Shown here in pieces: positions 19,230 through 29,031 of a DNA stretch of 64,000 nucleotides. The DNA is from Gammaproteobacteria bacterium (GTDB lineage Bacteria; Pseudomonadota; Gammaproteobacteria; Eutrophobiales; Eutrophobiaceae), in assembly GCA_965215365.1 (NCBI GenBank), contig CBDCDS010000003.1:1280001-1344000 (forward strand). Reading direction: 5' to 3'. The position numbers and the translations under genes are program-made. Within the stretch, counting starts at the first letter, position 1, and every line of letters begins with the position of its first letter. The notes below the pieces were generated by a model. It did no database searches, was not told the origin of the DNA, and was given only the letters and a program-made list of their open reading frames with translations.

Positions 19230-22200
19230 TCAGACCACAATAACACCCAGGTCGGCGGCTTGCCAGCCGTTGGCCACGAAGTCCTCCAGGGTGACGCTGT
19301 GGTCACGGTCGGCATCGGTGTAAATCACCAGGTCATCGCCCTGTTCGGTCACGTAGTTGGCCCGCATGTCCGCCTTGCTGCGGAACGCTACGCCGCGGAA
19401 CACCAACCAGTCTTGCCAGAGGTCAAAATCGGTCATCACGTCGTTACCGCCGTCGCCATCGATGTAGAAGAAGTCGAAGCCGCCGCCGCCCGTGAGCACA
19501 TCGTCGCCGGTGCCGCCGTGCAGAGTGTCTGAGCCCGGCCCGCCGTTGAGGATGTCATCTCCGCCTCGGCCGTCGAGGCGGTCGCTGCCGCCGTGACCAT
19601 CGAGGCGGTCGTTGTCGGCGTTGCCGGTGAGAATGTCAGTCGCCACCGTACCGGTCAGCGTCAGGCCGTTGATGACCGGCAGTGTGCGCGGCACGGGGTC
19701 GATCGGCGTGTTGGTATCCGGCGGCGGTGGCGGTGGCGGTGGTGGTGGCGGGTCGTCGTTGTCGGTGACGGTGGCCTCGCCGCTGGCATCACCTAAGGTG
19801 GCATTGACGGGGTTGCTTAACGTCACTGTGAAAGTCTCGTCTGTCTCATCCGTACTATCGTCTGTGGTTTGCACGGTGATGGTCGCGCTTGACTGCCCGG
19901 CGGCGATGCTGGTGCTCTGACCGGCGCGCGCCGTGTAGTCGCTGCCGGCTGAGGCGGTGCCGTCGCTCGTCGCCCAGCTCACCGTGACGGCCTTACCAGA
20001 GACGGCGTCAAGGGAAATCGTAAACTGCGCCGTACCGCCCTCGGTGACGGTGACATCACCGATGGACAGCGCCGGTGGGTTGTCATTGTCGGTAATAGTA
20101 GCCGTGCCGGTGGCATCACCTAAGGTGGCGCCGCTGGGATTAGCCAGGGTGACGGTGAAAGTCTCATCGGGCTCGTCAATGCTGTCGTCTGTGGTGGCTA
20201 CGGTGAGGGTCGCGCTTTGCTGCCCGGCGGTAATCGTCAGGGTTTGCGCGGTGCTGACACCAGTGTAGTCACTGCCGGCGCTAGCGCTGCCGTCGGCGGT
20301 GGTGTAGTCCACGGTGACATCACTGCTCCATACCTTGTCCAGACTGACGGTGAACTGGGCATTGCCGCCCTCCGTGACAGTGACATCGTCGATGGCTACC
20401 ACCGGCGGTGAGGGCGGTGGTGGTGTGGTATTGGTATCCGGCTGTTGTTGTGCTTCAAGCTCGGTCAAGGCCGTTACGACCCGCTCCCAACGCGTCCAGC
20501 CCTTATCGAGGTAGGTCTGCGCTTCGGTGGCGGTCATGGGCGTGAGGTTAGCAAAGGCCGTATCGGTCTCGCCCAGGGCTTTTAGTGTCCGCTGCCAGCG
20601 AGTCACGTGCTCGGTGCCCTCGTTGGTCTCGGCGGCATAGCCGCGTATATCGGCAATCAGACCGGCATTAGGGTTGGCCGGGGGTGGCGGGTCGTCGTTG
20701 TCGGTGACGGTGGCCTCGCCGGTGGCATCACCTAAGGTGGCGTTGACGGGGTTGCTTAACGTCACTGTGAAAGTCTCGTCTGTCTCATCCGTACTATCGT
20801 CTGTGGTTTGCACGGTGATGGTCGCGCTTGACTGCCCGGCGGCGATGCTGGTGCTCTGACCGGCGCGCGCCGTGTAGTCGCTGCCGGCTGAGGCGGTGCC
20901 GTCGCTCGTCGCCCAGCTCACCGTGACGGCCTTACCAGAGACGGCGTCAAGGGAAATCGTAAACTGCGCCGTACCGCCCTCGGTGACGGTGACATCACCG
21001 ATGGACAGCGCCGGTGGGTTGTCATTGTCGGTAATAGTAGCCGTGCCGGTGGCATCACCTAAGGTGGCGCCGCTGGGATTAGCCAGGGTGACGGTGAAGG
21101 CCTCATCGGGCTCGTCAATGCTGTCGTCTGTGGTGGCTACGGTGAGGGTCGCGCTTTGCTGCCCGGCGGCAATCGTCAGGGTTTGCGCGGTGCTGACACC
21201 AGTGTAGTCACTGCCAGCGCTGGCACTGCCGTCGGCGGTGGTGTAGTCCACGGTGACATCACTGCTCCATACCTTGTCCAGACTGACGGTGAACTGGGCA
21301 TTGCCGCCCTCCGTGACAGTGACATCGTCGATGGATACCACCGGCGGTGAGGGCGGTGGTGGTGTGGTATTGGTACCCGGCTGTTGTTGTCCTTCGATCT
21401 CGGTCAAGGCCGTTACGACCCGCTCCCAACGCGTCCAGCCCTTATCGAGGTAGGTCTGCGCTTCGGTGGCGGTCATGGGCGTGAGGTTAGCAAAGGCCGT
21501 ATCGGTCTCGCCCAGGGCTTTTAGTGTCCGCTGCCAGCGAGTCACGTGCTCGGTGCCCTCGTTGGTCTCGGCGGCGTAGCCGCGTATATCGGCAATCAGA
21601 CCGGCATTAGGGTTGGCCGGGGGTGGCGGGTCGTCGTTGTCGGTGACGGTGGCCTCGCCGGTGGCATCACCTAAGGTGGCATTGACGGGGTTGCTTAACG
21701 TCACGGTGAAAGTCTCGTCTGTCTCATCCGTACTATCGTCTGTGGTTTGCACGGTGATGGTCGCGCTTGACTGCCCGGCGGCGATGCTGGTGCTCTGACC
21801 GGCGCGCGCCGTGTAGTCGCTGCCGGCTGAGGCGGTGCCGTCGCTCGTCGCCCAGCTCACCGTGACGGCCTTACCAGAGACGGCGTCAAGGGAAATCGTA
21901 AACTGCGCCGTACCGCCCTCGGTGACGGTGACATCACCGATGGACAGCGCCGGTGGGTTGTCATTGTCGGTAATAGTAGCCGTGCCGGTGGCATCACCTA
22001 AGGTGGCGCCGCTGGGATTAGCCAGGGTGACGGTGAAGGCCTCATCGGGCTCGTCAATGCTGTCGTCTGTGGTGGCTACGGTGAGGGTCGCGCTTTGCTG
22101 CCCGGCGGCAATCGTCAGGGTTTGCGCGGTGCTGACACCGGTGTAGTCACTGCCGGCGCTGGCACTGCCGTCGGCGGTGGTGTAGTCCACGGTGACATCG

Positions 22201-25200
22201 CTCGTCCACGCCTTGTCCAGACTGACGGTGAATTGGGCATTGCCGCCTTCGGTCACGGTGACATCGTCGATGGATACCACCGGCTGCTGCTGTAGTGCTT
22301 CAATTTCTGTCAAGGCCGTCACTACCGGGCTCCAGCGTGCCGCCGAGTAGGTGTCGGCCAACTGCTGCGCTTCGGTGGCGGTCATTGGTGTAAGGTTGGC
22401 GAAGGCCGCGTCGGTCTCGCCCAGGGCTTTCAGCACCCGCTGCCAGCGGAGCACATGCGCATCGCCGTTACCGGTTTCGGCGGCATAGCCGCGCACGTCG
22501 GCAATCAGTTCGGGGATATCCACCGCGATGGTTATCTTACCGACGGCGTCACCGAGCACCGCGCCGACCGCATCGGACAGCGTCACCGTCAACGGGGTGT
22601 TCGCCGTTAGCAGCTGTAACGCCTGCGCAGTTTGCCCCGCCGCAATTTTTACCTCGCCCCACTGCCCGTCGGACGCCGTCCATAGCAGCTGTACGAAGTC
22701 CGAGGCAGCGTGAGACAAACGCACCACCGGCGCCGCATCCGCCCCGGCCGCCACCGTCACATCGTCAATGGACACGGTTGGCAGGTTGTCGTCATTGATA
22801 ATCAGACCCTCAGCGCTGACGGCAACCTGCCCGCCCAGCGTCACCCCCTCGGGATTGTACAGAAACGCTGTCAAATACTCGTGCCGCTCTACCACCGTGT
22901 CCTCGACGGTGGCAATGGTCAAGACCTGACTGAGCTCGCCCGGCGCAAAGGTCAGCCTGCCGCTGCCTCCGGTGTAGTCTATGCCGGCCTTGGCAGTGGC
23001 CGACGTCAGTCCCCACATCACCGACACGGACTCGCCGGCGGCATGGGACAGACGTACCTCAAAGCGCAACGCCTCGCCCTCCGGGGCCGAGGCATTGCCG
23101 ATGGACACCACCGGCGCCCCGGCTGTGGGCGGAGCCGTGTCGTTGTCGCGCACGGTGGCGGTGGCCTGACTGGTCGCCAGCGTGGCGCCGTCGGGGTTGC
23201 TCAGCGTAATGCCGAAGGTCTCTGCGCCCTCTACGGCCTCGTCGTCCAGGGTGCGCACCGCGATAGTCTTGCTCGTGACACCAGGCAGGAAAATCAAGCG
23301 CTGGTCGGTTCTGGCAATATAATCGTTGCCCGCGGTGGCGCTGCCGTCCACGGTAGTCCAATCCACCCACACCTTGTTGTGCCAGGTCTTGTTCAGGCTG
23401 ATGGTGAAGCGGGCGCCGCCGCCTTCGTCCACGCTGATATCATCAATGGACAAGGTGGGTGGAACCGGGTCGTCTTCCAGAATGATGGCGCGGCCGACCA
23501 CATCCCCCGCCAGCGCGTTCTTAAAATTGTCCAGGACCACAAAAAAACTTCGATCTCTCGTATGCACGTCGTCATCGAGCGTCTGCACCGAGATGGTGAT
23601 GCTCTGCTGGCCGGCCGGGACGGTAAGCGCCTGCGGTGGCTGACTTGTGTAGTCGGTGCCGGGCTGGGCGCTGTTGACCACTGTTTGCCAGACCATGGTC
23701 GCGTCCTCGCCCCAAACTTTGTCCAGGCTGATGGTGAACACCGCGGCGTCGCCCTCGGTGACGGTCACATCGCCAATAGATACAGTGGGCGGGGGCGGAT
23801 CGTCTTCCAGGATAACGACGGGGGCAAAGTAAGGGGAGCGCATGGCGACGGCGGCGTTGACGGGGTCGCTGAAGGCAATTCCAATCGACCGATCCCCGTC
23901 GTAAACATTGTCATCGTAGGTCTGCACACTGACGGTGATGCTTTGCTGACCGGCCGGGATAGTGATTGGCGCGCCCGACTGTTCCTCAAAATCTCCCTTG
24001 GTGTTGCCGTGCAAGTGGTACGTTTTCCAGGTGGCTTGCACATCATGGATGGATACCCGGTCGAGACGGATGGTGACCTGCGCCAATTCGCCCTCATTCA
24101 CCCTGATGGTGTCAGCAGAGAGACGCGGTAACGGATCCGCATCCAGCACCGTCACTGTGCCGGTGGCGCTGCCCAGCACGGCGTTGACCGGATTGCTGAT
24201 TGCGACGGTGAAGGTTTTACGCGGCGCCTCGTCAAGCTGGTCCGCCGCGGTGGCTACGGCGATGACCTGATGCGTCTCCCCCGGTTGGAACGTGAGCATG
24301 GTCGTCGTGACGCCGGTATAATCCGTCCCGGCCAGCGCCGTGCCGTCGGCGGTGTGCCAGTTCGCCGTCACCGTCTGCGTCGATGGCGCCGACAGTGTCA
24401 CCAGCAGTCGCGCGGTCTCACCCTCCCGCACCTCCAGGTTGCCGATGGACACGGTGGGCGTGGGTGCGCCCCCGAACAGAAAGTCCGCCGCATCCAGGGT
24501 AATTCCAGCCTGCCCGGTCAGGGTAATGGTGTTGCCGCTGCTCACGGTAATCACCCGGTCCTGACCGCTAGCGGTGATGGTCAGGTCGGCTAAGCTCAGG
24601 CCGGTGTCGCGCAAATCAATGAGGTCCGTGCCATCGGTGAAGTCAGTAATAGTGTCGGCGCCGAAGCCGGTGAGCCGGTAACGGAAGGTGTCATCGCCGG
24701 CGCCGCCGGTCAGAGTGTCATCCCCGGCGCCGCCGTCGAGGATGTCGTCGCCGGGGCCGCCGTCCAGGGTGTCATCGCCACCGTTGCCGACTAGGGTGTT
24801 GGCCGCATCGTTGCCAGTTACATCGTCCGCGCCACTGCCGCCGAGGAACTTTTCGATGACCGTATCCTTGTAAATCACCATGACACCCCTGGCGCCGAAA
24901 ATGTCAGACACCGCGCCGGGACGCAAGTCCACCCGGCTGCCGCGCACGGCGTCGGAATAATCGAAGGTATCGATACCACCGTCGTCGATGAGGGTAAAGG
25001 TCAGTGTGGGGATTTCCGCAGACGGGGTGATGCCCTTCATGATCCCGGCAATCTGGTCGAGGTAGCCGCCGGCGTTGGAGTTAAAGCCATATACGGTGTC
25101 ACCGGTGCGGACGTTGTTGCTGTCGCCGTACAGCTTCTCAATGGCCAGGATGTCCGCGGTCATGGGCGTGGCCGGATAAGCCCAGGACGCGTCCACCTCG

Positions 25201-25697
25201 GTATTCTCCTGCTGGTCGAAATAGGACATGGCCGTGAGCTGGTAGCTGTCGTTCACAAAGTAGTTGTCCGTACCGTAACGGGCGCTGCCATTGTAATTGC
25301 CCGGGTGCCACAGGCCGAGGGCGTGGCCGATCTCGTGAATATATACGTAGAGCGCCAAGTGCTTATGGGGCGCAAAATATTTAGAGACGTTGATGGAGTT
25401 GCTTATTGTGATGCCGTCCGAACTATACCATGTTCGCTCCGCCCATCCGCCCGCATATTTGTCATCGAAAGTAATGCCGCGCTCACCGCTTCTGAGGCTG
25501 GACTCAATGAAGCGCAGGCCAGTAGCCTGCGACCATAGATCAAGGGCCTTGCGCGCCAGAGATTGTCCGGCGGCATCCAGGCGCGAGACATCCACAGGAA
25601 TGGCATCGTCTTTGGAGGTGGAGATGGAAAATTTCCGCCCCTTGGAGATCAGGTAGACGGCAATCTGGTCTGGCGTACCTACGATTTTGCTGCTCAC
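19230..25697 (-). CDS. Serralysin-like (M10B) metalloprotease with RTX, many Calx-beta domains and unnamed helical repeats (protein B)
   Basis: HEIGHALGLWH, TAMSY, RTX repeats, about 11 Calx-beta domains, C-terminus almost identical to protein A. GGAGGAG precedes GTG 25697. Confidence 0.92.
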   Translation of the reverse strand: MSSKIVGTPDQIAVYLISKGRKFSISTSKDDAIPVDVSRLDAAGQSLARKALDLWSQATGLRFIESSLRSGERGITFDDKYAGGWAERTWYSSDGITISNSINVSKYFAPHKHLALYVYIHEIGHALGLWHPGNYNGSARYGTDNYFVNDSYQLTAMSYFDQQENTEVDASWAYPATPMTADILAIEKLYGDSNNVRTGDTVYGFNSNAGGYLDQIAGIMKGITPSAEIPTLTFTLIDDGGIDTFDYSDAVRGSRVDLRPGAVSDIFGARGVMVIYKDTVIEKFLGGSGADDVTGNDAANTLVGNGGDDTLDGGPGDDILDGGAGDDTLTGGAGDDTFRYRLTGFGADTITDFTDGTDLIDLRDTGLSLADLTITASGQDRVITVSSGNTITLTGQAGITLDAADFLFGGAPTPTVSIGNLEVREGETARLLVTLSAPSTQTVTANWHTADGTALAGTDYTGVTTTMLTFQPGETHQVIAVATAADQLDEAPRKTFTVAISNPVNAVLGSATGTVTVLDADPLPRLSADTIRVNEGELAQVTIRLDRVSIHDVQATWKTYHLHGNTKGDFEEQSGAPITIPAGQQSITVSVQTYDDNVYDGDRSIGIAFSDPVNAAVAMRSPYFAPVVILEDDPPPPTVSIGDVTVTEGDAAVFTISLDKVWGEDATMVWQTVVNSAQPGTDYTSQPPQALTVPAGQQSITISVQTLDDDVHTRDRSFFVVLDNFKNALAGDVVGRAIILEDDPVPPTLSIDDISVDEGGGARFTISLNKTWHNKVWVDWTTVDGSATAGNDYIARTDQRLIFLPGVTSKTIAVRTLDDEAVEGAETFGITLSNPDGATLATSQATATVRDNDTAPPTAGAPVVSIGNASAPEGEALRFEVRLSHAAGESVSVMWGLTSATAKAGIDYTGGSGRLTFAPGELSQVLTIATVEDTVVERHEYLTAFLYNPEGVTLGGQVAVSAEGLIINDDNLPTVSIDDVTVAAGADAAPVVRLSHAASDFVQLLWTASDGQWGEVKIAAGQTAQALQLLTANTPLTVTLSDAVGAVLGDAVGKITIAVDIPELIADVRGYAAETGNGDAHVLRWQRVLKALGETDAAFANLTPMTATEAQQLADTYSAARWSPVVTALTEIEALQQQPVVSIDDVTVTEGGNAQFTVSLDKAWTSDVTVDYTTADGSASAGSDYTGVSTAQTLTIAAGQQSATLTVATTDDSIDEPDEAFTVTLANPSGATLGDATGTATITDNDNPPALSIGDVTVTEGGTAQFTISLDAVSGKAVTVSWATSDGTASAGSDYTARAGQSTSIAAGQSSATITVQTTDDSTDETDETFTVTLSNPVNATLGDATGEATVTDNDDPPPPANPNAGLIADIRGYAAETNEGTEHVTRWQRTLKALGETDTAFANLTPMTATEAQTYLDKGWTRWERVVTALTEIEGQQQPGTNTTPPPPSPPVVSIDDVTVTEGGNAQFTVSLDKVWSSDVTVDYTTADGSASAGSDYTGVSTAQTLTIAAGQQSATLTVATTDDSIDEPDEAFTVTLANPSGATLGDATGTATITDNDNPPALSIGDVTVTEGGTAQFTISLDAVSGKAVTVSWATSDGTASAGSDYTARAGQSTSIAAGQSSATITVQTTDDSTDETDETFTVTLSNPVNATLGDATGEATVTDNDDPPPPANPNAGLIADIRGYAAETNEGTEHVTRWQRTLKALGETDTAFANLTPMTATEAQTYLDKGWTRWERVVTALTELEAQQQPDTNTTPPPPSPPVVAIDDVTVTEGGNAQFTVSLDKVWSSDVTVDYTTADGSASAGSDYTGVSTAQTLTITAGQQSATLTVATTDDSIDEPDETFTVTLANPSGATLGDATGTATITDNDNPPALSIGDVTVTEGGTAQFTISLDAVSGKAVTVSWATSDGTASAGSDYTARAGQSTSIAAGQSSATITVQTTDDSTDETDETFTVTLSNPVNATLGDASGEATVTDNDDPPPPPPPPPPPDTNTPIDPVPRTLPVINGLTLTGTVATDILTGNADNDRLDGHGGSDRLDGRGGDDILNGGPGSDTLHGGTGDDVLTGGGGFDFFYIDGDGGNDVMTDFDLWQDWLVFRGVAFRSKADMRANYVTEQGDDLVIYTDADRDHSVTLEDFVANGWQAADLGVIVV
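19750..22280 (-). repeat. 939-bp intragenic tandem repeat (~2.7 copies)
   Basis: Shadow ORFs recur exactly 939 bp apart (19957/20896/21835; 20674/21613); boundaries approximate. Confidence 0.9.
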
Positions 25698-25829
25698 AAG
25701 GACTCCTCCCAACGGGAGTTGGTGTTGTTGACAAAGATGCTGTTGTCAGCGCCTTGTCGTTCGTTCCGGGTACCACAGACTGCAAGTATAACCCGTTTAT
25801 TGGCTGAATGATACTCTGTGTTGTAGAAT

Positions 25830-26552
25830 GTGCCGGTGATGAAGAGCCGGGACTATACTGCGCTGGATCGACTGATCCTGGGATTTGAAAAGGCAACAGG
25901 TGTCGCCGGCGGCGACGGCGCTGGTGACGGCACCCCGGCCGGTGCCGGAATGATGGGCCGAGGCGTGGATACTGATACTGACGCGGGTAGTCGGGAGCGG
26001 GGATTTGAACCCGGGTTTGCCGGGGGCGACGCGTTGCTTGAAGATGCGGACAAACGGCGCAGCGCCGCGTTAATGCGGGTCAATCACGCCGGGGAAGTGG
26101 CGGCGCAAGCGCTGTATGCGGGACAGGCGATGACGGCGAGCAACGAGCAAGTGCGTAGTGCCATGTTGCAGGCTGCCGCAGAGGAGGGCGCGCATTTGTC
26201 CTGGTGTGCAACCCGGGTCAGGGAGCTGGACAGCCATCTCAGCTACCTCACCCCGCTCTGGTATTTCGGTGCGTTGGCCATCGGCGCGCTGGCCGGCGTA
26301 GCCGGTGACAAGTGGAATCTGGGCTTCGTCATGGCAACAGAACGCCAGGTGGTGCAACACCTAGATAAACATCTGCAACTGTTGCCGGAGCAGGATCATA
26401 AGAGCCGGAAGCTACTGCAACAGATGCGCCGGGATGAATTGCAACACGCCGCTACGGCCCGGGCCGCCGGTGGCGCCGAGTTGCCCGGGCCAGTGCGGAT
26501 ACTGATGCGTTGCTGCGCTAAAGTAATGACCGGGGTGGCCTACCGGGTGTGA
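25830..26552 (+). CDS. coq7: Demethoxyubiquinone hydroxylase (di-iron, Coq7 family)
   Basis: LMRVNHAGEVAAQALYAGQ, EEGAHL, TERQVVQHL, DELQHA; start may be ATG 25839. Confidence 0.92.
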   Translation: MPVMKSRDYTALDRLILGFEKATGVAGGDGAGDGTPAGAGMMGRGVDTDTDAGSRERGFEPGFAGGDALLEDADKRRSAALMRVNHAGEVAAQALYAGQAMTASNEQVRSAMLQAAAEEGAHLSWCATRVRELDSHLSYLTPLWYFGALAIGALAGVAGDKWNLGFVMATERQVVQHLDKHLQLLPEQDHKSRKLLQQMRRDELQHAATARAAGGAELPGPVRILMRCCAKVMTGVAYRV

Positions 26553-26618
26553 GACGCAGGCACCCGCAGGCAGAACCAATCCGGCGCGATCTTCGCATCA
26601 CTTGGTGAGATATGCGGG
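26553..26618. repeat. One end of a family-A MITE (inverted) directly after the coq7 stop
   Basis: Reverse complement of ~6215-6280 including the intact 16-bp TIR, followed by CTAA. Confidence 0.85.
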
Positions 26619-26653
26619 CTAACGGGTATCGGTAAACAACTTCAGTTGAGACT

Positions 26654-28057
26654 ATGAGTAATTTGAATTTTGTGAGGTATTTTTCTCCGCCGCGTGGTGC
26701 GGGTGGCATGTGCGCGTTGCTGGCACTCCTGCTGTTTTCCATATCGACCCAGGCGGCATTGCCACGGGCGGCGGCTGGCCGGGAGCTGCCCAGTCTGGCG
26801 CCGATGCTGGAACAGGTGACGCCGGCTGTGGTTAACATCGCCACCGAAGGGCGGGTACAGGTGCGGCAGAACCCGTTGTTTTCCGATCCGTTTTTCCGGC
26901 GCTTCTTCAATGTCCCGGACCAGCCTATGGAACGCAAGACCCAGAGCTTGGGTTCGGGCGTTATCGTTGACGCCGGGCGCGGCCTAGTGCTCACCAACAA
27001 CCACGTCATCGCCAACGCCGTACAAATCACCGTGACCTTGCGCGACGGGCGGCATCTTGAAGCGGAGATTGTCGGCTCCGACCCGGCCACGGATGTAGCC
27101 GTGATCAAGGTGCCGGCAGAAAATCTGAGCGATATTGAGGTGGCCGACTCGGACGCGCTGCGAGTCGGCGATTTCGTGGTGGCCATAGGCAACCCGTTCG
27201 GTCTGGGTCAAACGGTCACTTCAGGCATTGTCAGCGCGCTCAGCCGCAGCGGCTTGGGTATAGAGGGCTATGAAGACTTTATCCAGACTGACGCCTCTAT
27301 CAACCCGGGCAATTCCGGCGGCGCGCTGGTCAACCTGAACGGTGAACTCATCGGTATTAACACCGCCATCTTTTCCCGCAGCGGCGGCAACATCGGCATC
27401 GGCTTTGCGATACCCATCAACCTGGCCTTGCAGATCATGGAGCAACTGCTGGAGAAGGGCGAGGTGGAACGCGGCTTCATCGGCGTGCAGGTGCAGAATC
27501 TGAACGCCGATCTGGCCGAAGCATTCGGGATCAAAAATCAGAAAGGCGCCATAGTCAACAGCGTCATGCCCGATTCGCCGGCGCAGGAGGCGGGCTTGCA
27601 ACCCGGCGATATTATCGTCTCCATCAATTCCAAGCCGGTCAAGGCAGCCGCTGATGTCAGAAACCACATCGGCCTGTTGCCGGTGGGTGAGCAGGTTTCG
27701 TTTGAAATCCTGCGCGCCGGCGAACGGCTGTCTCTGGATGCCAGGGTGGCTGCCGCAACAGAGCGCAGGCTGACCCAGAGTGGCACGCGTAATCCGCGTT
27801 TAGCCGGAGTAACACTGGGTGAGATCGGTGAGGAACATCCGTTTTATAAGCGTGTCAAAGGTGTGATTATCACCGCGGTCAAGCGTGGCTCGCGTGGCTG
27901 GTCCTCCGGCTTGAGGCAAGGCGACATCATTACTTCTGTCAACCGTCAGGCGGTCGCCGACCTGGACGCATTCCTGCAGCGGGTGGATAACCTGGAGGGG
28001 TCTTTGTTGTTGCGGGTCATCAGGGGGGAAGCGGCGGCGTTTCTGGTGATTAAGTAG
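26654..28057 (+). CDS. degQ: DegQ/DegP (HtrA) serine endoprotease with two PDZ domains
   Basis: SLAPML, TNNHV, DVAVIKV, IQTDASINPGNSGGAL, two PDZ domains. Confidence 0.93.
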   Translation: MSNLNFVRYFSPPRGAGGMCALLALLLFSISTQAALPRAAAGRELPSLAPMLEQVTPAVVNIATEGRVQVRQNPLFSDPFFRRFFNVPDQPMERKTQSLGSGVIVDAGRGLVLTNNHVIANAVQITVTLRDGRHLEAEIVGSDPATDVAVIKVPAENLSDIEVADSDALRVGDFVVAIGNPFGLGQTVTSGIVSALSRSGLGIEGYEDFIQTDASINPGNSGGALVNLNGELIGINTAIFSRSGGNIGIGFAIPINLALQIMEQLLEKGEVERGFIGVQVQNLNADLAEAFGIKNQKGAIVNSVMPDSPAQEAGLQPGDIIVSINSKPVKAAADVRNHIGLLPVGEQVSFEILRAGERLSLDARVAAATERRLTQSGTRNPRLAGVTLGEIGEEHPFYKRVKGVIITAVKRGSRGWSSGLRQGDIITSVNRQAVADLDAFLQRVDNLEGSLLLRVIRGEAAAFLVIK

Positions 28058-28135
28058 TCAGGTGCTACTCCTGTTACCCTGTGCCTCTCCATCAAGGAGA
28101 AGGGGAAGGTGTTGACAGGCTCGTGAGTTGCGCCC

Positions 28136-28927
28136 TCAGGGTCCTCCCGGTCCCCTTGGGGGAGAGGGAGGTGTCTCGTCTCCGGCATGAATGAGTCTCA
28201 ACAGGGCCAAGTCAACGTAATCGCGCCCATAGGCGGCACCGGCGGCTACCTCGAAGGGTTGACCGGGTTCTCCCAGGTGGTTGAGCACCAGCGCGGCGCC
28301 GGGGAACTCATCATCCCGGGTCAGCGGGTGGGTGGTGATGATGGTCTTGATGCCGGCGGCCCGCGCCGCCAGATTGCCGTTGGTGGTATCTTCCAGGGCG
28401 ATGCAGTGTTGCGCCGCCAGCCCCAGTTCCGACAGCACCTGCAGATATACCGCCGGCGAGGGCTTTTTGGCGGCGACGTGATCGCAGGTGACTACGACCG
28501 GAAACAGCTCACTGCCGGCATTGCCGAAAGTCCTGCGTAACAGGGTATGAACGTTGTCCGTGGAGGAACTGGTGGCGATGGCCAGTTGCAGGCCGGCGGC
28601 ACGGCATTCCCGTACCAGACGCCGGATGCCGGGCCGCAGTTCCATGAGGTCGGAGACCAGCAGTTGCCGGTACAAGGTGGATTTTCTGCGGTGTACGGTG
28701 TCCACAGTCTGTTCCAGTCCGGCGCCGTCAACGCCGGCTTGCTGCAGGCAGTGGCGGATCCTCTCCCAGCCGCCGGAAATGCAGAGCAGTTGCCGGTATT
28801 CACGGTGCGACCAGTGTAGTGGGCAGCCGGTTTCCTGAAAGGCAAGGTTGAAGGCCTGGCGATGCAACTCTTCCGTGTCGGCAAGGGTGCCGTCCATGTC
28901 GAAGATAACGGCCTTAAGGATGCTCAT
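28136..28927 (-). CDS. HAD-IA hydrolase (CbbY-like)
   Basis: FDMDGTLADTEELHRQAFN, KKPSPAVY, EDTTNG. Confidence 0.9.
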   Translation of the reverse strand: MSILKAVIFDMDGTLADTEELHRQAFNLAFQETGCPLHWSHREYRQLLCISGGWERIRHCLQQAGVDGAGLEQTVDTVHRRKSTLYRQLLVSDLMELRPGIRRLVRECRAAGLQLAIATSSSTDNVHTLLRRTFGNAGSELFPVVVTCDHVAAKKPSPAVYLQVLSELGLAAQHCIALEDTTNGNLAARAAGIKTIITTHPLTRDDEFPGAALVLNHLGEPGQPFEVAAGAAYGRDYVDLALLRLIHAGDETPPSPPRGPGGP

Positions 28928-28934
28928 TTATCCG

Positions 28935-28966
28935 ATGGCAGCAAGTGAATTGGTGAGATATACGGG
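28935..28966. repeat. Family-A MITE right-end remnant
   Basis: TGGTGAGATATACGGG (15/16 match to the TIR), preceded by sequence similar to 6424-6439. Confidence 0.6.
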
Positions 28967-29031
28967 TCAGGGGCTACTGTGCGCCGGGATAACTGCAGCC
29001 TGTGTCCGGCAACCAGTGCGGCTTCCAATGA

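Noticed and set aside
22710-24131. 473-aa plus-strand ORF and the many repeated short ORFs across 13.9-25 kb
   Set aside because: Antisense shadows of the repetitive RTX/Calx-beta genes.
28075-28170. Degenerate CCCTC...GGAGAGGG (BoxC-like) palindromes between degQ and the HAD gene
   Set aside because: Too degenerate to define; probably an ordinary convergent-gene hairpin remnant.
26553-28966. Composite transposon around degQ-HAD formed by two family-A ends
   Set aside because: Both TIRs face the same direction and there is no matching target duplication.
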